Part shown: positions 33,791 through 45,672 of the stretch, in pieces | How positions within the stretch are numbered: position 1 is the first letter of the stretch | How the letters are laid out: each line of letters starts with the position of its first letter | Source of the DNA: Escherichia coli O127:H6 str. E2348/69 | Lineage (GTDB): Bacteria; Pseudomonadota; Gammaproteobacteria; Enterobacterales; Enterobacteriaceae | Length of the DNA stretch: 64,000 bases | Reading direction: 5' to 3' (one strand) | NCBI RefSeq assembly: GCF_000026545.1 | Contig: NC_011601.1 | The notes under the pieces: generated by a model | What the model was told of the DNA's origin: nothing | The model's input: the letters and a program-made list of their open reading frames with translations, nothing else | Database searches by the model: none | Program-made: the position numbers and the translations under genes

Positions 33791-34600
33791 TCACCCCTGC
33801 AATATTTTGTCCATCACGCGCCCCGGCAGCAGGCGCTTAAGCACCATTACCGCCCAGGTCACCAGCGTCACCGGATAGCGCATCTTCGGCTTCTCGCTAA
33901 TAAAAGCATGGCGCACTTTGTCGACCACCGCTTCCGGTCCCAACGTAAAGCGGGCGGCGATGCCAGGATTTTCGACTGGTTTATCACTTTGCGTCTGATT
34001 GACGTTGTCGGTGAAGCGAGTACGAATGGGACCAGGTTCGATCAGGCTGACTTTAATTCCGCTGTGGCGCAGCTCCATGCGCAGTGCGTCTGACCACGCC
34101 TCCAGCGCATATTTACTGGCCGCGTAAGCGCCACGACCCGGTGTGGAGATTAATCCCATCACCGATGAGGTCATCACAATACGCCCTTCACCGTGCGGCA
34201 ACATCGCGGGTAACAGGCGCATGGTGAGCTGGTGTGCGCCGAAAAAGTTGGCGGAAAACTGCTGTTCCATCTGCGCACGGCTGATGGTGGAAAGGGGGCC
34301 ATACATGCCGAATCCGGCATTGTTATAGATCCCATACAGACAATTATCGGTCAGGGCGATCACTTCGTCGGCTGCGCGATCAACACTTTCTGGTGAATCC
34401 AGATCGATCAACACGCCGGTAAATCCCATGCTGTTCATGCGCTCAACATCATCCGGTTTCCGGCAACCTGCCAGCACATGAAAACCCTGGCGTTTTAATT
34501 CGAGCGCGCTTTCCAGGCCAATACCACTGGAACATCCGGTAATTAAGACCGATTTTTGCATAACTTTACCTGTCAGGATCTCCGTTGCTTTATGAGTCAT
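33791..34600 (-). CDS. ybbO: Short-chain dehydrogenase/reductase YbbO, 269 aa
   Basis: ORF track; SDR glycine motif TGCSSGIG and YxxxK. Confidence 0.85.
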   Translation of the reverse strand: MTHKATEILTGKVMQKSVLITGCSSGIGLESALELKRQGFHVLAGCRKPDDVERMNSMGFTGVLIDLDSPESVDRAADEVIALTDNCLYGIYNNAGFGMYGPLSTISRAQMEQQFSANFFGAHQLTMRLLPAMLPHGEGRIVMTSSVMGLISTPGRGAYAASKYALEAWSDALRMELRHSGIKVSLIEPGPIRTRFTDNVNQTQSDKPVENPGIAARFTLGPEAVVDKVRHAFISEKPKMRYPVTLVTWAVMVLKRLLPGRVMDKILQG

Positions 34601-35216
34601 GATTTACTAAAGGCTGCAACTGCTTCGCCATCCAGTCGGCAATAAACGGCTGGGCGTCGCGGTTGGGATGAATACCGTCATCCTGCATCCATTGTGGCTT
34701 GAGGTAGACCTCTTCCATAAAAAAGGGCAGCAGCGGAACATCAAACTCTTTGGCGAGTTTGGGGTAAATGGCGCTAAAGGCTTCATTATAACGGCGACCA
34801 TAGTTTGCAGGCAGACGTATTTGCATTAACAATGGTTCAGCGTTGGCGGCTTTGACATCCTGCAAAATCTGGCGCAGCGTTTGCTCGGTTTGCTGTGGCT
34901 GAAAACCACGCAAACCGTCATTGCCGCCCAGTTCAACCAGCACCCAGCGCGGCTGATGCTGTTTCAGCAGAGCCGGAAGGCGCGCCAGCCCTTGTTGCGA
35001 GGTGTCGCCGCTGATGCTGGCATTGATTACCGACGTTTTACTCTGCCACTTATCATTCAACAAGGCAGGCCAGGCCGCGCTGGCAGACATTCGATACCCG
35101 GCGCTCAGGCTATCACCCAGAATCAATAACGTGTCCGCTGCGGCGGCACGGAAGGTTAACAGGACCAGGAACAGGAAGGGCAAATGCCAGCGGAAAACAT
35201 TGTTGAAGTTCATCAT
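34590..35216 (-). CDS. tesA: Acyl-CoA thioesterase I / protease I / lysophospholipase L1 (SGNH hydrolase), 208 aa
   Basis: ORF 34590..35246 trimmed to MMNFNNVFRW...; GDSLS motif. Confidence 0.9.
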   Translation of the reverse strand: MMNFNNVFRWHLPFLFLVLLTFRAAAADTLLILGDSLSAGYRMSASAAWPALLNDKWQSKTSVINASISGDTSQQGLARLPALLKQHQPRWVLVELGGNDGLRGFQPQQTEQTLRQILQDVKAANAEPLLMQIRLPANYGRRYNEAFSAIYPKLAKEFDVPLLPFFMEEVYLKPQWMQDDGIHPNRDAQPFIADWMAKQLQPLVNHDS

Positions 35217-35870
35217 CTTAAGAAGTCCGTCGGTCAGGGGGAGCATGAACTCTCCATCCTCACCGGAGTTGAGCTGGTTGTCAAACGTGGTGAGACCATT
35301 GCACTGGTGGGCGAGTCGGGATCGGGTAAGTCAACCTTGCTGGCGATCCTCGCAGGGCTGGATGACGGCAGCAGTGGCGAAGTGAGTCTGGTGGGACAAC
35401 CGCTACATAATATGGACGAAGAAGCGCGGGCAAAGTTGCGCGCGAAGCACGTAGGCTTTGTTTTTCAGTCATTTATGTTAATTCCTACCCTTAACGCGCT
35501 GGAAAACGTCGAGCTTCCGGCGCTGCTGCGCGGTGAGAGTAGCGCAGAAAGTCGTAACGGGGCGAAAGCGTTGCTCGAACAGTTAGGGCTGGGTAAACGT
35601 CTTGATCATCTTCCGGCACAGCTTTCTGGCGGCGAACAGCAACGAGTGGCGCTGGCGCGAGCCTTTAATGGTCGACCTGATGTGCTGTTTGCCGACGAGC
35701 CCACCGGCAACCTTGACCGCCAGACCGGCGATAAAATTGCCGACCTGCTGTTTTCCCTCAACCGTGAGCATGGCACCACGTTGATTATGGTGACCCACGA
35801 CCTGCAACTGGCGGCACGCTGCGACCGCTGCTTACGGCTGGTGAACGGGCAGTTGCAGGAGGAAGTATGA
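35184..35870 (+). CDS. ybbA: ABC transporter ATP-binding protein YbbA, 228 aa
   Basis: ORF track; Walker A GESGSGKST, LSGGEQQR. Confidence 0.85.
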   Translation: MPAENIVEVHHLKKSVGQGEHELSILTGVELVVKRGETIALVGESGSGKSTLLAILAGLDDGSSGEVSLVGQPLHNMDEEARAKLRAKHVGFVFQSFMLIPTLNALENVELPALLRGESSAESRNGAKALLEQLGLGKRLDHLPAQLSGGEQQRVALARAFNGRPDVLFADEPTGNLDRQTGDKIADLLFSLNREHGTTLIMVTHDLQLAARCDRCLRLVNGQLQEEV

Positions 35871-38281
35871 TTGCACGTTGGTTCTGGCGCGAATGGCGTT
35901 CGCCGTCGCTATTAATTGTCTGGCTGGCGCTAAGCCTGGCGGTGGCCTGCGTGCTGGCGCTGGGCAATATCAGCGATCGCATGGAGAAGGGCTTAAGCCA
36001 GCAAAGCCGGGAGTTTATGGCGGGCGATCGGGCGTTGCGCAGTTCGCGCGAAGTGCCGCAAGCATGGCTGGAGGAAGCGCAAAAGCGCGGCCTGAAAGTC
36101 GGCAAGCAGCTGACTTTCGCCACCATGACCTTTGCAGGCGACACGCCGCAACTGGCGAACGTCAAAGCGGTGGATGATATCTACCCGATGTATGGCGAGC
36201 TACAAACCAATCCCCCTGGCCTGAAACCGCAGGCGGGCAGCGTATTGCTGGCCCCACGCCTGATGGCACTGCTTAACCTGAAAACGGGCGACACCATTGA
36301 CGTGGGCGATGCCACCTTGCGGATTGCCGGAGAAGTGATTCAGGAACCGGATTCCGGTTTTAACCCCTTCCAGATGGCTCCGCGTCTGATGATGAATCTG
36401 GCGGATGTCGATAAAACCGGAGCCGTGCAGCCGGGGAGTCGGGTCACCTGGCGCTATAAATTCGGCGGCAGCGAGAACCAGCTCGACGGCTATGAGAAAT
36501 GGTTGTTACCCCAGCTTAAACCTGAACAACGCTGGTACGGTCTGGAACAGGACGAAGGCGCGCTGGGGCGATCGATAGAACGTTCGCAACAGTTCCTGCT
36601 GCTTTCGGCGCTTCTGACCTTGCTGCTGGCGGTGGCGGCGGTTGCGGTGGCGATGAATCATTACTGTCGCAGTCGCTACGACTTGGTGGCGATCCTCAAG
36701 ACGCTGGGGGCAGGGCGAGCGCAACTGCGTAAGTTAATCGTCGGTCAGTGGTTGATGGTGCTGGCGCTTTCAGCCGTTACCGGTGGGGCGATAGGCCTGT
36801 TGTTCGAAAACGTGTTGATGGTGCTGCTCAAGCCCGTGCTACCTGCCGCTTTACCTCCTGCCAGCCTCTGGCCGTGGCTGTGGGCGCTCGGCACCATGAC
36901 GGTTATTTCGCTGCTGGTGGGGCTACGACCATACCGCCTGTTGTTGGCAACGCAGCCTTTACGCGTATTACGTAATGATGTGGTAGCGAACGTCTGGCCG
37001 CTGAAGTTTTATCTGCCGATTGTCACCGTGGTGGTTGTGCTGCTGCTCGCCGGATTAATGGGTGGCAGTATGCTGCTCTGGGCGGTGCTGGCGGGCGCGG
37101 TAGTACTGGCTTTGCTGTGCGGTGTGCTGGGCTGGATGCTGCTGAATGTACTTCGCCGCATGACGCTGAAATCGCTACCTCTGCGCCTGGCGGTTAGCCG
37201 CCTGTTACGTCAGCCGTGGTCAACGTTAAGCCAGCTTTCGGCATTTTCGCTCTCCTTTATGCTGCTGGCACTGTTGCTGGTGTTGCGTGGCGATCTGCTC
37301 GACCGTTGGCAACAACAACTGCCGCCAGAAAGCCCGAACTACTTTTTAATCAACATCGCTACGGAACAGGTTACGCCGCTGAAAGCGTTTCTCGCGGAAC
37401 ATCAAATAGTCCCGGAATCGTTTTATCCGGTGGTGCGGGCGCGGTTGACGGCGATTAACGACAAGCCGACAGAAGGCAATGGAGATGAGGCGCTCAACCG
37501 CGAGCTGAATCTCACCTGGCAAAATACGCGGCCTGATCATAACCCGATCGTCGCCGGTAACTGGCCGCCAAAAGCGGATGAAGTGTCGATGGAAGAGGGG
37601 CTGGCGAAACGCTTAAACGTTGCCCTCGGCGATACCGTGACTTTTATGGGCGATACCCAGGAGTTCCGCGCTAAAGTGACCAGCCTGCGCAAAGTGGACT
37701 GGGAAAGTCTGCGGCCTAATTTCTATTTTATTTTCCCGGAAGGGGCATTAGACGGGCAACCGCAGAGCTGGCTTACCAGTTTCCGCTGGGAGAATGGCAA
37801 CGGCATGTTGACGCAACTCAACCGCCAGTTCCCGACCATTAGCCTGTTAGACATTGGCGCGATTTTAAAACAGGTCGGTCAGGTGCTGGAGCAGGTAAGT
37901 CGGGCGCTGGAAGTGATGGTGGTGCTGGTCACCGCCTGCGGCATGTTGCTGTTGCTGGCGCAGGTGCAGGTGGGAATGCGTCAGCGTCATCAGGAGCTGG
38001 TGGTGTGGCGCACACTTGGTGCGGGGAAAAAACTGCTGCGCACGACATTGTGGTGTGAGTTCGCCATGCTCGGGTTTGTATCCGGCCTGGTGGCCGCAAT
38101 TGGTGCGGAAACGGCACTGGCGGTACTGCAATCGAAAGTGTTTGATTTCCCGTGGGAGCCAGACTGGCGATTGTGGATTGTTCTGCCGTGCAGCGGTGCG
38201 CTACTGCTGTCGCTTTGCGGCGGCTGGCTGGGTGCGCGACTGCTTAAGGGTAAGGCGCTGTTCAGGCAGTTTGCGGGGTGA
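35867..38281 (+). CDS. ybbP: FtsX-like ABC transporter permease YbbP, 804 aa
   Basis: ORF track; overlaps ybbA stop. Confidence 0.85.
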   Translation: MIARWFWREWRSPSLLIVWLALSLAVACVLALGNISDRMEKGLSQQSREFMAGDRALRSSREVPQAWLEEAQKRGLKVGKQLTFATMTFAGDTPQLANVKAVDDIYPMYGELQTNPPGLKPQAGSVLLAPRLMALLNLKTGDTIDVGDATLRIAGEVIQEPDSGFNPFQMAPRLMMNLADVDKTGAVQPGSRVTWRYKFGGSENQLDGYEKWLLPQLKPEQRWYGLEQDEGALGRSIERSQQFLLLSALLTLLLAVAAVAVAMNHYCRSRYDLVAILKTLGAGRAQLRKLIVGQWLMVLALSAVTGGAIGLLFENVLMVLLKPVLPAALPPASLWPWLWALGTMTVISLLVGLRPYRLLLATQPLRVLRNDVVANVWPLKFYLPIVTVVVVLLLAGLMGGSMLLWAVLAGAVVLALLCGVLGWMLLNVLRRMTLKSLPLRLAVSRLLRQPWSTLSQLSAFSLSFMLLALLLVLRGDLLDRWQQQLPPESPNYFLINIATEQVTPLKAFLAEHQIVPESFYPVVRARLTAINDKPTEGNGDEALNRELNLTWQNTRPDHNPIVAGNWPPKADEVSMEEGLAKRLNVALGDTVTFMGDTQEFRAKVTSLRKVDWESLRPNFYFIFPEGALDGQPQSWLTSFRWENGNGMLTQLNRQFPTISLLDIGAILKQVGQVLEQVSRALEVMVVLVTACGMLLLLAQVQVGMRQRHQELVVWRTLGAGKKLLRTTLWCEFAMLGFVSGLVAAIGAETALAVLQSKVFDFPWEPDWRLWIVLPCSGALLLSLCGGWLGARLLKGKALFRQFAG

Positions 38282-38289
38282 TGACAGGT

Positions 38290-38400
<111 letters not shown>

Positions 38401-38498
38401 CAGTGTGCATTTTGGCAATAAATATGAAACCAACTGTCATGTCGGTTTTTTTAAAGGCCGAAGGTGGTAAACCTTCGGCCTTAGCTACGTTTCCTCAG

Positions 38499-38582
38499 TT
38501 ATTCAATAAATTGACGGATCAGTTCTAGCAGCGCGATTAGCGCCTTAAGAACGATGAGAACTTTATCGAGAAAAGTTTTCAT
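38499..38582 (-). CDS. Putative 27-aa amphipathic micro-protein (MKTFLDKVLIVLKALIALLELIRQFIE)
   Basis: Hand-translated; AAGGGAG Shine-Dalgarno 6 nt upstream of the ATG; followed downstream by a perfect 10-bp-stem hairpin (about 38456-38480). Confidence 0.35.
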   Translation of the reverse strand: MKTFLDKVLIVLKALIALLELIRQFIE

Positions 38583-38656
38583 CCGTTGCTCCCTTAAGGG
38601 AGAAAGACAATCACAGCTTACCCTTACGTTGCCTGTAACTATGATTTTCTTCATGT

Positions 38657-39958
38657 GCTAGATGAGGACTGCCTCTCTCCAAATTAGAGCACCAGAATCA
38701 GCACCACCTGTATCCTGACCAGGACTTAAAAGTACTTTTCCGCACTGCGGTAATCCCTTGAGGCAGTATCACTACTAGCGTCGGGATTGTATCGCCAACA
38801 TAGCTGTTGTGTAAGTTCACAGAGATATTGCAATTGCCTCCGGATAAGTAAGGGGAGATTGCACTATGCAAATGCAGCATCTGATGGTTGGCTATCCTAA
38901 GTACTACCAAACGGCCGATTATGCGTTGAGGCTTTCAGTGATGGCTGATATAGCAACAATGAGAATGAAGGCTCTGCACTTCTGGGATAAACACGGTATT
39001 TCTGCAGCTTCTGAAGCCTTTGGCGTGTCCTGCCGCACGCTTTACTGGTGGCGTCAGTTACTGAACAAGGAAGGACCTGAGGGGCTAATCCCGCACAGTA
39101 AGGCACCTCTGGTGCGACGAAAAAAACACTGGCATCCCGATGTGCTGAAAGAGATTCGACGCCTCAGGACAGAGCTGCCGAACCTCGGTAAAGAGCAGAT
39201 TTTTGTTCGCCTGAAGCCCTGGTGCGAACAGCGCTATCTGGCCTGTCCGAGTGTTTCCACCATCGGCAGAATGATCGCTGCCGCACATGATAAAATGCGG
39301 ATGATACCTGTGCGTCTGGGATCGCGGGGGAAGGCACTGCTTGTCAAAAAGCGGTCTGCCAAACCCCGCAGGCCAAAGCACTACCGCCCGGTAAAGACAG
39401 GTGAGCTCATTGGGATGGACGCCATTGAGCTCAGAATGGGCGAACTGCGTCGCTATGTCATCACCATGATCGACGAATGCAGCAATTACGCGCTGGCGCT
39501 GGCTGTGCCGTCACTCAACAGTGATATCGTCAATCACTTCTTCAGCCGCGCAGCCCGGTTGTTCCCGGTCGGTATCAGCCAGATAATCACAGATAACGGA
39601 AAAGAGTTCCTGGGAAACTTCGACAAAACGCTGCAGGAAGCCGCTATCAAACACCTCTGGACCTATCCCTACACGCCAAAAATGAACGCTATCTGTGAAC
39701 GTTTTAACCGGACGTTAAGAGAGCAGTTTATTGAATTTAATGAGATTTTACTCTTTGAAGATCTGGCGCTATTTAACCAGAAGCTGGCGGAATATCTGGT
39801 GCTGTATAACAGCAAAAGACCCCACAAGGCGCTCGCACTAATGACGCCCGTGGAATATATTTTAAAAGAGAATAAAAATTGCAATATGTGGTGGACCCAT
39901 ACAGCTGTTTGAATATGTAGGCATCCTGACTTATAATTCACTTGCTAGATGAGGACTG
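38657..39958 (+). mobile_element. Putative insertion sequence carrying one DDE transposase gene (IS481-like architecture); ends uncertain
   Basis: Transposase ORF bracketed by a 16-bp direct repeat tgctagatgaggactg at about 38657-38672 and 39943-39958; occupies the position where K-12 has the rhsD element. Confidence 0.45.
38866..39912 (+). CDS. DDE transposase, N-terminal HTH plus integrase-core (rve) domain, 348 aa
   Basis: ORF track; catalytic D (GMDAIE), D (ITDNGKEF) and E (ICERFNRT) with 35-residue D-to-E spacing. Confidence 0.7.
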   Translation: MQMQHLMVGYPKYYQTADYALRLSVMADIATMRMKALHFWDKHGISAASEAFGVSCRTLYWWRQLLNKEGPEGLIPHSKAPLVRRKKHWHPDVLKEIRRLRTELPNLGKEQIFVRLKPWCEQRYLACPSVSTIGRMIAAAHDKMRMIPVRLGSRGKALLVKKRSAKPRRPKHYRPVKTGELIGMDAIELRMGELRRYVITMIDECSNYALALAVPSLNSDIVNHFFSRAARLFPVGISQIITDNGKEFLGNFDKTLQEAAIKHLWTYPYTPKMNAICERFNRTLREQFIEFNEILLFEDLALFNQKLAEYLVLYNSKRPHKALALMTPVEYILKENKNCNMWWTHTAV

Positions 39959-40094
39959 TTTCATTTCTGCCCGGAACCACCAAGTCTTGGGCGGAAAAAA
40001 TAAAAAAACCGACTGTCATGTCGGTTTTTTTATATCTGTATTCTGGTGCAACCATTCTGTTCTCACGACAATCGCCGTTTCAGAATACCGCCCA

Positions 40095-41204
<1,110 letters not shown>

Positions 41205-41257
41205 TCAAATCAGCTTGCGCGCTATTTTACGCGCCAACGCGCAAGGAAACTTGATTT

Positions 41258-42184
41258 TTAACTGCGTGGGTTGCCGAAAATTTCTAAAAATCCGCTGATT
41301 TCTGGCCTGCGCTGGGTAAACAAGGTCACAATATCTTCTACCGCTTTGCCGCTGCCAAATTTGCGCCATGCCAGACTCAATGGCGAAGGAGGGCGCATCG
41401 TTGGGATTACCCGGCTGACCAGTTGTTGATTATCGAGCATTGACTGGCAAAGTGATTTTGGCAAAAAACCAATGCCAACGCCCGCCAGATGGGCGGCGAT
41501 TTTCGTTTCCATATCGGGAACAATAATCTCTTTTTGCCCCGGCAATCGCCAGGCGACGCGTTTGGTTAAGGTGCGGGCGCTGTCTTCAATATTGACCGCC
41601 GGAAAGCGCCGCAACTGTGCTTCTGTTAGCGGCTCTTCAACGTTCGCCAGCGGATGATCCGCCGCCATGACAAAGCGCCATTGCACCGATCCTAAGGGAT
41701 CAAGACTAAAGGTATTTGCCAGCGCCTCGGTTCCCGTGACGCCGATAGCCAGTGAAAAACCTTCGTACAATAGCGAGTCCCAGACGCCCATATAGATTTG
41801 TCGGGAGATGTGAAATTGGGTAAACGGGTAACGTTCATTTAGCCACGCCAGCAGCCTGGCAACGGCCTGGGGGTTGTAGAGCAGGTTGTTGATGACAATA
41901 TTCACCTGGCGTTCCACGCCATCATTCACCTGTTGCAGCTCGCTGGGCATACTTTCCAGCCAGCTCAGCCAGTCTCTGGCCTGACAAAGTAGATGCTCGC
42001 CAGCCGCTGTCAACGTCACGCTGCGAGTCGTGCGGAAAAAGAGCGCCACTCCGGTATTCTCTTCCAGAAGTTTAATGCGATAACTAATCGTCGCCGTGGT
42101 TTTACATAATCGTTCTGCCGCTTTTGAAAAACTTCCTGTTTCAGCAACCGCAATGAAAGTCCGCAAGGTTTCTGGATCGAACAT
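41258..42184 (-). CDS. allS: LysR-type activator of allantoin catabolism AllS, 308 aa
   Basis: ORF track; LysR HTH; divergent from allA. Confidence 0.85.
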   Translation of the reverse strand: MFDPETLRTFIAVAETGSFSKAAERLCKTTATISYRIKLLEENTGVALFFRTTRSVTLTAAGEHLLCQARDWLSWLESMPSELQQVNDGVERQVNIVINNLLYNPQAVARLLAWLNERYPFTQFHISRQIYMGVWDSLLYEGFSLAIGVTGTEALANTFSLDPLGSVQWRFVMAADHPLANVEEPLTEAQLRRFPAVNIEDSARTLTKRVAWRLPGQKEIIVPDMETKIAAHLAGVGIGFLPKSLCQSMLDNQQLVSRVIPTMRPPSPLSLAWRKFGSGKAVEDIVTLFTQRRPEISGFLEIFGNPRS

Positions 42185-42291
42185 CTTCAGGTATCCCCTT
42201 TTAAATCCGCAAGTTGCGTGATTTTCTTATCCTCTGATTTATCAGTATTTTTACATGATAACCCTGTTCAATTTGTGGACTAAATCTAGTT

Positions 42292-42308
42292 TTGGAAAAA
42301 TATTCCAA
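42292..42308. promoter_or_regulatory. Candidate AllR operator in the allS-allA intergenic region
   Basis: Perfect palindrome TTGGAAAAATATTCCAA. Confidence 0.6.
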
Positions 42309-42413
42309 CTTTTGTGTTGATGTTGTTCTCTTAAGGTTTTAGATTGCCTGTTATTGAAACCAAGCTGACCGGTCGGTGGTGGTTGAACGGAATTATGTTA
42401 CAAGGACAAAAAG

Positions 42414-42896
42414 ATGAAACTTCAGGTATTACCGTTAAGTCAGGAAGCCTTTAGTGCTTATGGCGACGTAATCGAAACGCAGAAACGGGATTTTTTCCAT
42501 ATTAACAATGGACTGGTGGAGCGTTACCACGATTTGGCGCTGGTTGAGATTCTTGAGCAAGACCGTACGCTTATCAGCATTAACCGCGCGCAACCGGCGA
42601 ATCTGCCGCTGACCATTCACGAACTCGAACGTCATCCGCTGGGCACTCAGGCCTTTATCCCGATGAAAGGTGAAGTGTTTGTGGTAGTCGTGGCGTTAGG
42701 TGACGACAAACCAGACCTGTCAACCCTGCGGGCGTTTATTACCAATGGCGAACAGGGAGTGAATTACCATCGTAACGTCTGGCATCACCCACTTTTCGCC
42801 TGGCAGCGCGTCACCGATTTTCTGACCATCGATCGCGGCGGCAGTGACAACTGTGATGTTGAAAGTATTCCTGAACAGGAACTCTGTTTTGCGTGA
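42414..42896 (+). CDS. allA: Ureidoglycolate lyase AllA, 160 aa
   Basis: ORF track; recognised. Confidence 0.9.
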   Translation: MKLQVLPLSQEAFSAYGDVIETQKRDFFHINNGLVERYHDLALVEILEQDRTLISINRAQPANLPLTIHELERHPLGTQAFIPMKGEVFVVVVALGDDKPDLSTLRAFITNGEQGVNYHRNVWHHPLFAWQRVTDFLTIDRGGSDNCDVESIPEQELCFA

Positions 42897-42973
42897 CGCC
42901 TGCAACCGACTTGCATAAGATAAACGAATTGTTCATTGTTTATGCTCATTTGTAGGTCGGAGTTAACGTAGGT

Positions 42974-43789
42974 ATGACGGAAGTTAGACGGCGCGGCAGG
43001 CCAGGACAGGCGGAGCCTGTGGCACAGAAGGGTGCACAGGCGTTAGAGCGGGGAATTGCGATTCTGCAATATCTGGAAAAAAGTGGGGGAAGTTCGTCGG
43101 TTAGCGATATCTCTCTCAATCTGGATTTGCCGCTCTCCACGACCTTTCGCTTGCTGAAGGTTTTACAGGCAGCGGATTTTGTCTATCAGGACAGTCAGTT
43201 AGGCTGGTGGCATATAGGATTAGGTGTCTTTAACGTCGGTGCAGCGTACATCCATAACCGCGATGTCCTCTCCGTCGCCGGGCCGTTTATGCGCCGCCTG
43301 ATGTTACTTTCCGGCGAAACGGTCAATGTCGCGATCCGTAACGGCAATGAAGCGGTATTAATTGGTCAGTTAGAGTGTAAATCGATGGTCAGAATGTGTG
43401 CGCCGCTGGGCAGTCGTCTGCCGCTGCATGCTTCCGGTGCGGGCAAGGCGCTGCTTTATCCGCTGGCGGAAGAAGAGTTGATGAGCATCATTCTGCAAAC
43501 CGGTTTGCAGCAGTTTACGCCAACGACGCTTGTGGATATGCCCACCTTGCTGAAGGACCTGGAACAAGCGCGTGAACTGGGCTATACCGTAGATAAAGAA
43601 GAGCATGTTGTCGGCCTGAATTGCATAGCTTCAGCAATTTACGATGATGTAGGTAGTGTTGTTGCCGCTATCTCCATCTCCGGCCCTTCATCAAGACTGA
43701 CAGAAGATCGTTTTGTCAGTCAGGGTGAGCTGGTCAGAGACACCGCCCGTGATATCAGCACGGCGTTGGGACTGAAAGCACATCCATAG
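42974..43789 (+). CDS. allR: IclR-family repressor AllR, 271 aa
   Basis: ORF track; IclR HTH and effector domain. Confidence 0.9.
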
Positions 43790-43800
43790 TGTCTGTCGTA

Positions 43801-43826
43801 TCCCGCTCTGCGGAGCGGGTTTTTTT
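43801..43826 (+). terminator. Intrinsic terminator after allR
   Basis: cccgctc tgcg gagcggg hairpin followed by TTTTTTT. Confidence 0.7.
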
Positions 43827-43841
43827 GACAAAATTTGAGAG

Positions 43842-43858
43842 TTGGAAAATTTTTCCAA
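43842..43858. promoter_or_regulatory. Candidate AllR operator in the gcl promoter
   Basis: Palindrome TTGGAAAATTTTTCCAA about 20 bp upstream of the gcl start. Confidence 0.6.
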
Positions 43859-43878
43859 TTAATAGAGGTAGGAATAAA

Positions 43879-45660
43879 ATGGCAAAAATGAGAGCCGTTG
43901 ACGCGGCAATGTATGTGCTGGAGAAAGAAGGTATCACCACCGCCTTCGGCGTTCCGGGAGCTGCAATCAATCCGTTCTACTCAGCGATGCGTAAGCACGG
44001 CGGTATTCGTCACATTCTGGCGCGTCATGTGGAAGGCGCTTCGCACATGGCGGAAGGTTATACCCGCGCAACGGCAGGGAATATCGGCGTATGTCTGGGG
44101 ACTTCCGGTCCTGCGGGCACGGACATGATCACCGCGCTCTATTCCGCTTCTGCTGATTCCATTCCTATTCTGTGTATTACCGGCCAGGCCCCGCGCGCCC
44201 GTTTGCATAAAGAAGATTTCCAGGCCGTTGATATTGAAGCAATTGCTAAACCGGTCAGCAAAATGGCGGTTACAGTTCGTGAAGCGGCGCTGGTGCCTCG
44301 TGTGCTGCAACAGGCGTTTCACCTGATGCGTTCTGGTCGCCCGGGTCCGGTACTGGTGGATTTACCGTTCGACGTACAGGTTGCGGAAATCGAGTTTGAT
44401 CCTGATATGTACGAACCGCTGCCGGTCTACAAACCTGCTGCCAGCCGTATGCAGATCGAAAAAGCTGTAAAAATGTTAATCCAGGCCGAACGTCCGGTGA
44501 TTGTTGCCGGAGGCGGGGTAATCAATGCTGACGCAGCTGCACTGTTACAACAGTTTGCTGAACTGACCAGCGTTCCGGTGATCCCAACGCTGATGGGCTG
44601 GGGCTGTATCCCGGACGATCATGAACTGATGGCCGGGATGGTGGGTCTGCAAACCGCGCATCGTTACGGTAACGCAACGTTGCTGGCGTCCGATATGGTG
44701 TTTGGTATCGGTAACCGTTTCGCCAACCGTCATACCGGTTCGGTAGAGAAATACACCGAAGGGCGCAAAATCGTTCATATCGATATTGAGCCGACGCAAA
44801 TTGGCCGCGTGCTGTGTCCGGATCTCGGCATTGTCTCTGATGCTAAAGCGGCGCTGACACTGCTGGTTGAAGTGGCGCAGGAGATGCAAAAAGCGGGTCG
44901 TCTGCCGTGTCGTAAAGAGTGGGTCGCCGACTGCCAGCAGCGCAAACGCACTTTGCTGCGCAAAACCCACTTCGACAACGTGCCGGTGAAACCGCAGCGC
45001 GTGTATGAAGAGATGAACAAAGCTTTTGGCCGCGATGTTTGTTATGTCACCACCATTGGCCTGTCACAAATCGCTGCGGCACAAATGCTGCATGTCTTTA
45101 AAGACCGCCACTGGATCAACTGTGGGCAGGCAGGCCCGCTGGGCTGGACGATTCCGGCGGCGCTGGGGGTTTGTGCCGCTGATCCAGAGCGCAATGTGGT
45201 GGCGATTTCCGGTGACTTCGACTTCCAGTTCCTGATTGAAGAATTAGCCGTTGGCGCACAGTTCAACATTCCGTACATCCATGTACTGGTCAATAACGCC
45301 TATCTGGGTCTGATTCGCCAGTCGCAACGTGCCTTTGATATGGATTACTGCGTACAGCTCGCGTTCGAAAATATTAACTCCAGCGAAGTGAACGGTTATG
45401 GCGTCGACCACGTAAAAGTAGCGGAAGGTTTAGGTTGTAAAGCAATTCGCGTTTTCAAACCGGAAGATATTGCACCAGCCTTTGAACAGGCGAAAATCTT
45501 AATGGCGCAATATCGGGTACCGGTAGTCGTGGAAGTTATTCTCGAGCGTGTGACCAATATTTCGATGGGCAGTGAACTGGATAACGTCATGGAATTTGAA
45601 GATATCGCCGATAACGCCGCGGACGCACCGACTGAAACCTGTTTCATGCACTATGAATAA
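43879..45660 (+). CDS. gcl: Glyoxylate carboligase (TPP-dependent), 593 aa
   Basis: ORF 43789..45660 trimmed to [18 protein letters not shown]... Confidence 0.9.
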   Translation: MAKMRAVDAAMYVLEKEGITTAFGVPGAAINPFYSAMRKHGGIRHILARHVEGASHMAEGYTRATAGNIGVCLGTSGPAGTDMITALYSASADSIPILCITGQAPRARLHKEDFQAVDIEAIAKPVSKMAVTVREAALVPRVLQQAFHLMRSGRPGPVLVDLPFDVQVAEIEFDPDMYEPLPVYKPAASRMQIEKAVKMLIQAERPVIVAGGGVINADAAALLQQFAELTSVPVIPTLMGWGCIPDDHELMAGMVGLQTAHRYGNATLLASDMVFGIGNRFANRHTGSVEKYTEGRKIVHIDIEPTQIGRVLCPDLGIVSDAKAALTLLVEVAQEMQKAGRLPCRKEWVADCQQRKRTLLRKTHFDNVPVKPQRVYEEMNKAFGRDVCYVTTIGLSQIAAAQMLHVFKDRHWINCGQAGPLGWTIPAALGVCAADPERNVVAISGDFDFQFLIEELAVGAQFNIPYIHVLVNNAYLGLIRQSQRAFDMDYCVQLAFENINSSEVNGYGVDHVKVAEGLGCKAIRVFKPEDIAPAFEQAKILMAQYRVPVVVEVILERVTNISMGSELDNVMEFEDIADNAADAPTETCFMHYE

Positions 45661-45672
45661 GGGAGATAAATA

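Noticed and set aside
38824-39887. attgcaat-containing inverted repeat as possible terminal repeats of the insertion sequence
   Set aside because: The motif is itself palindromic and the right copy lies inside the transposase coding region, so it is unlikely to be a true terminal inverted repeat.
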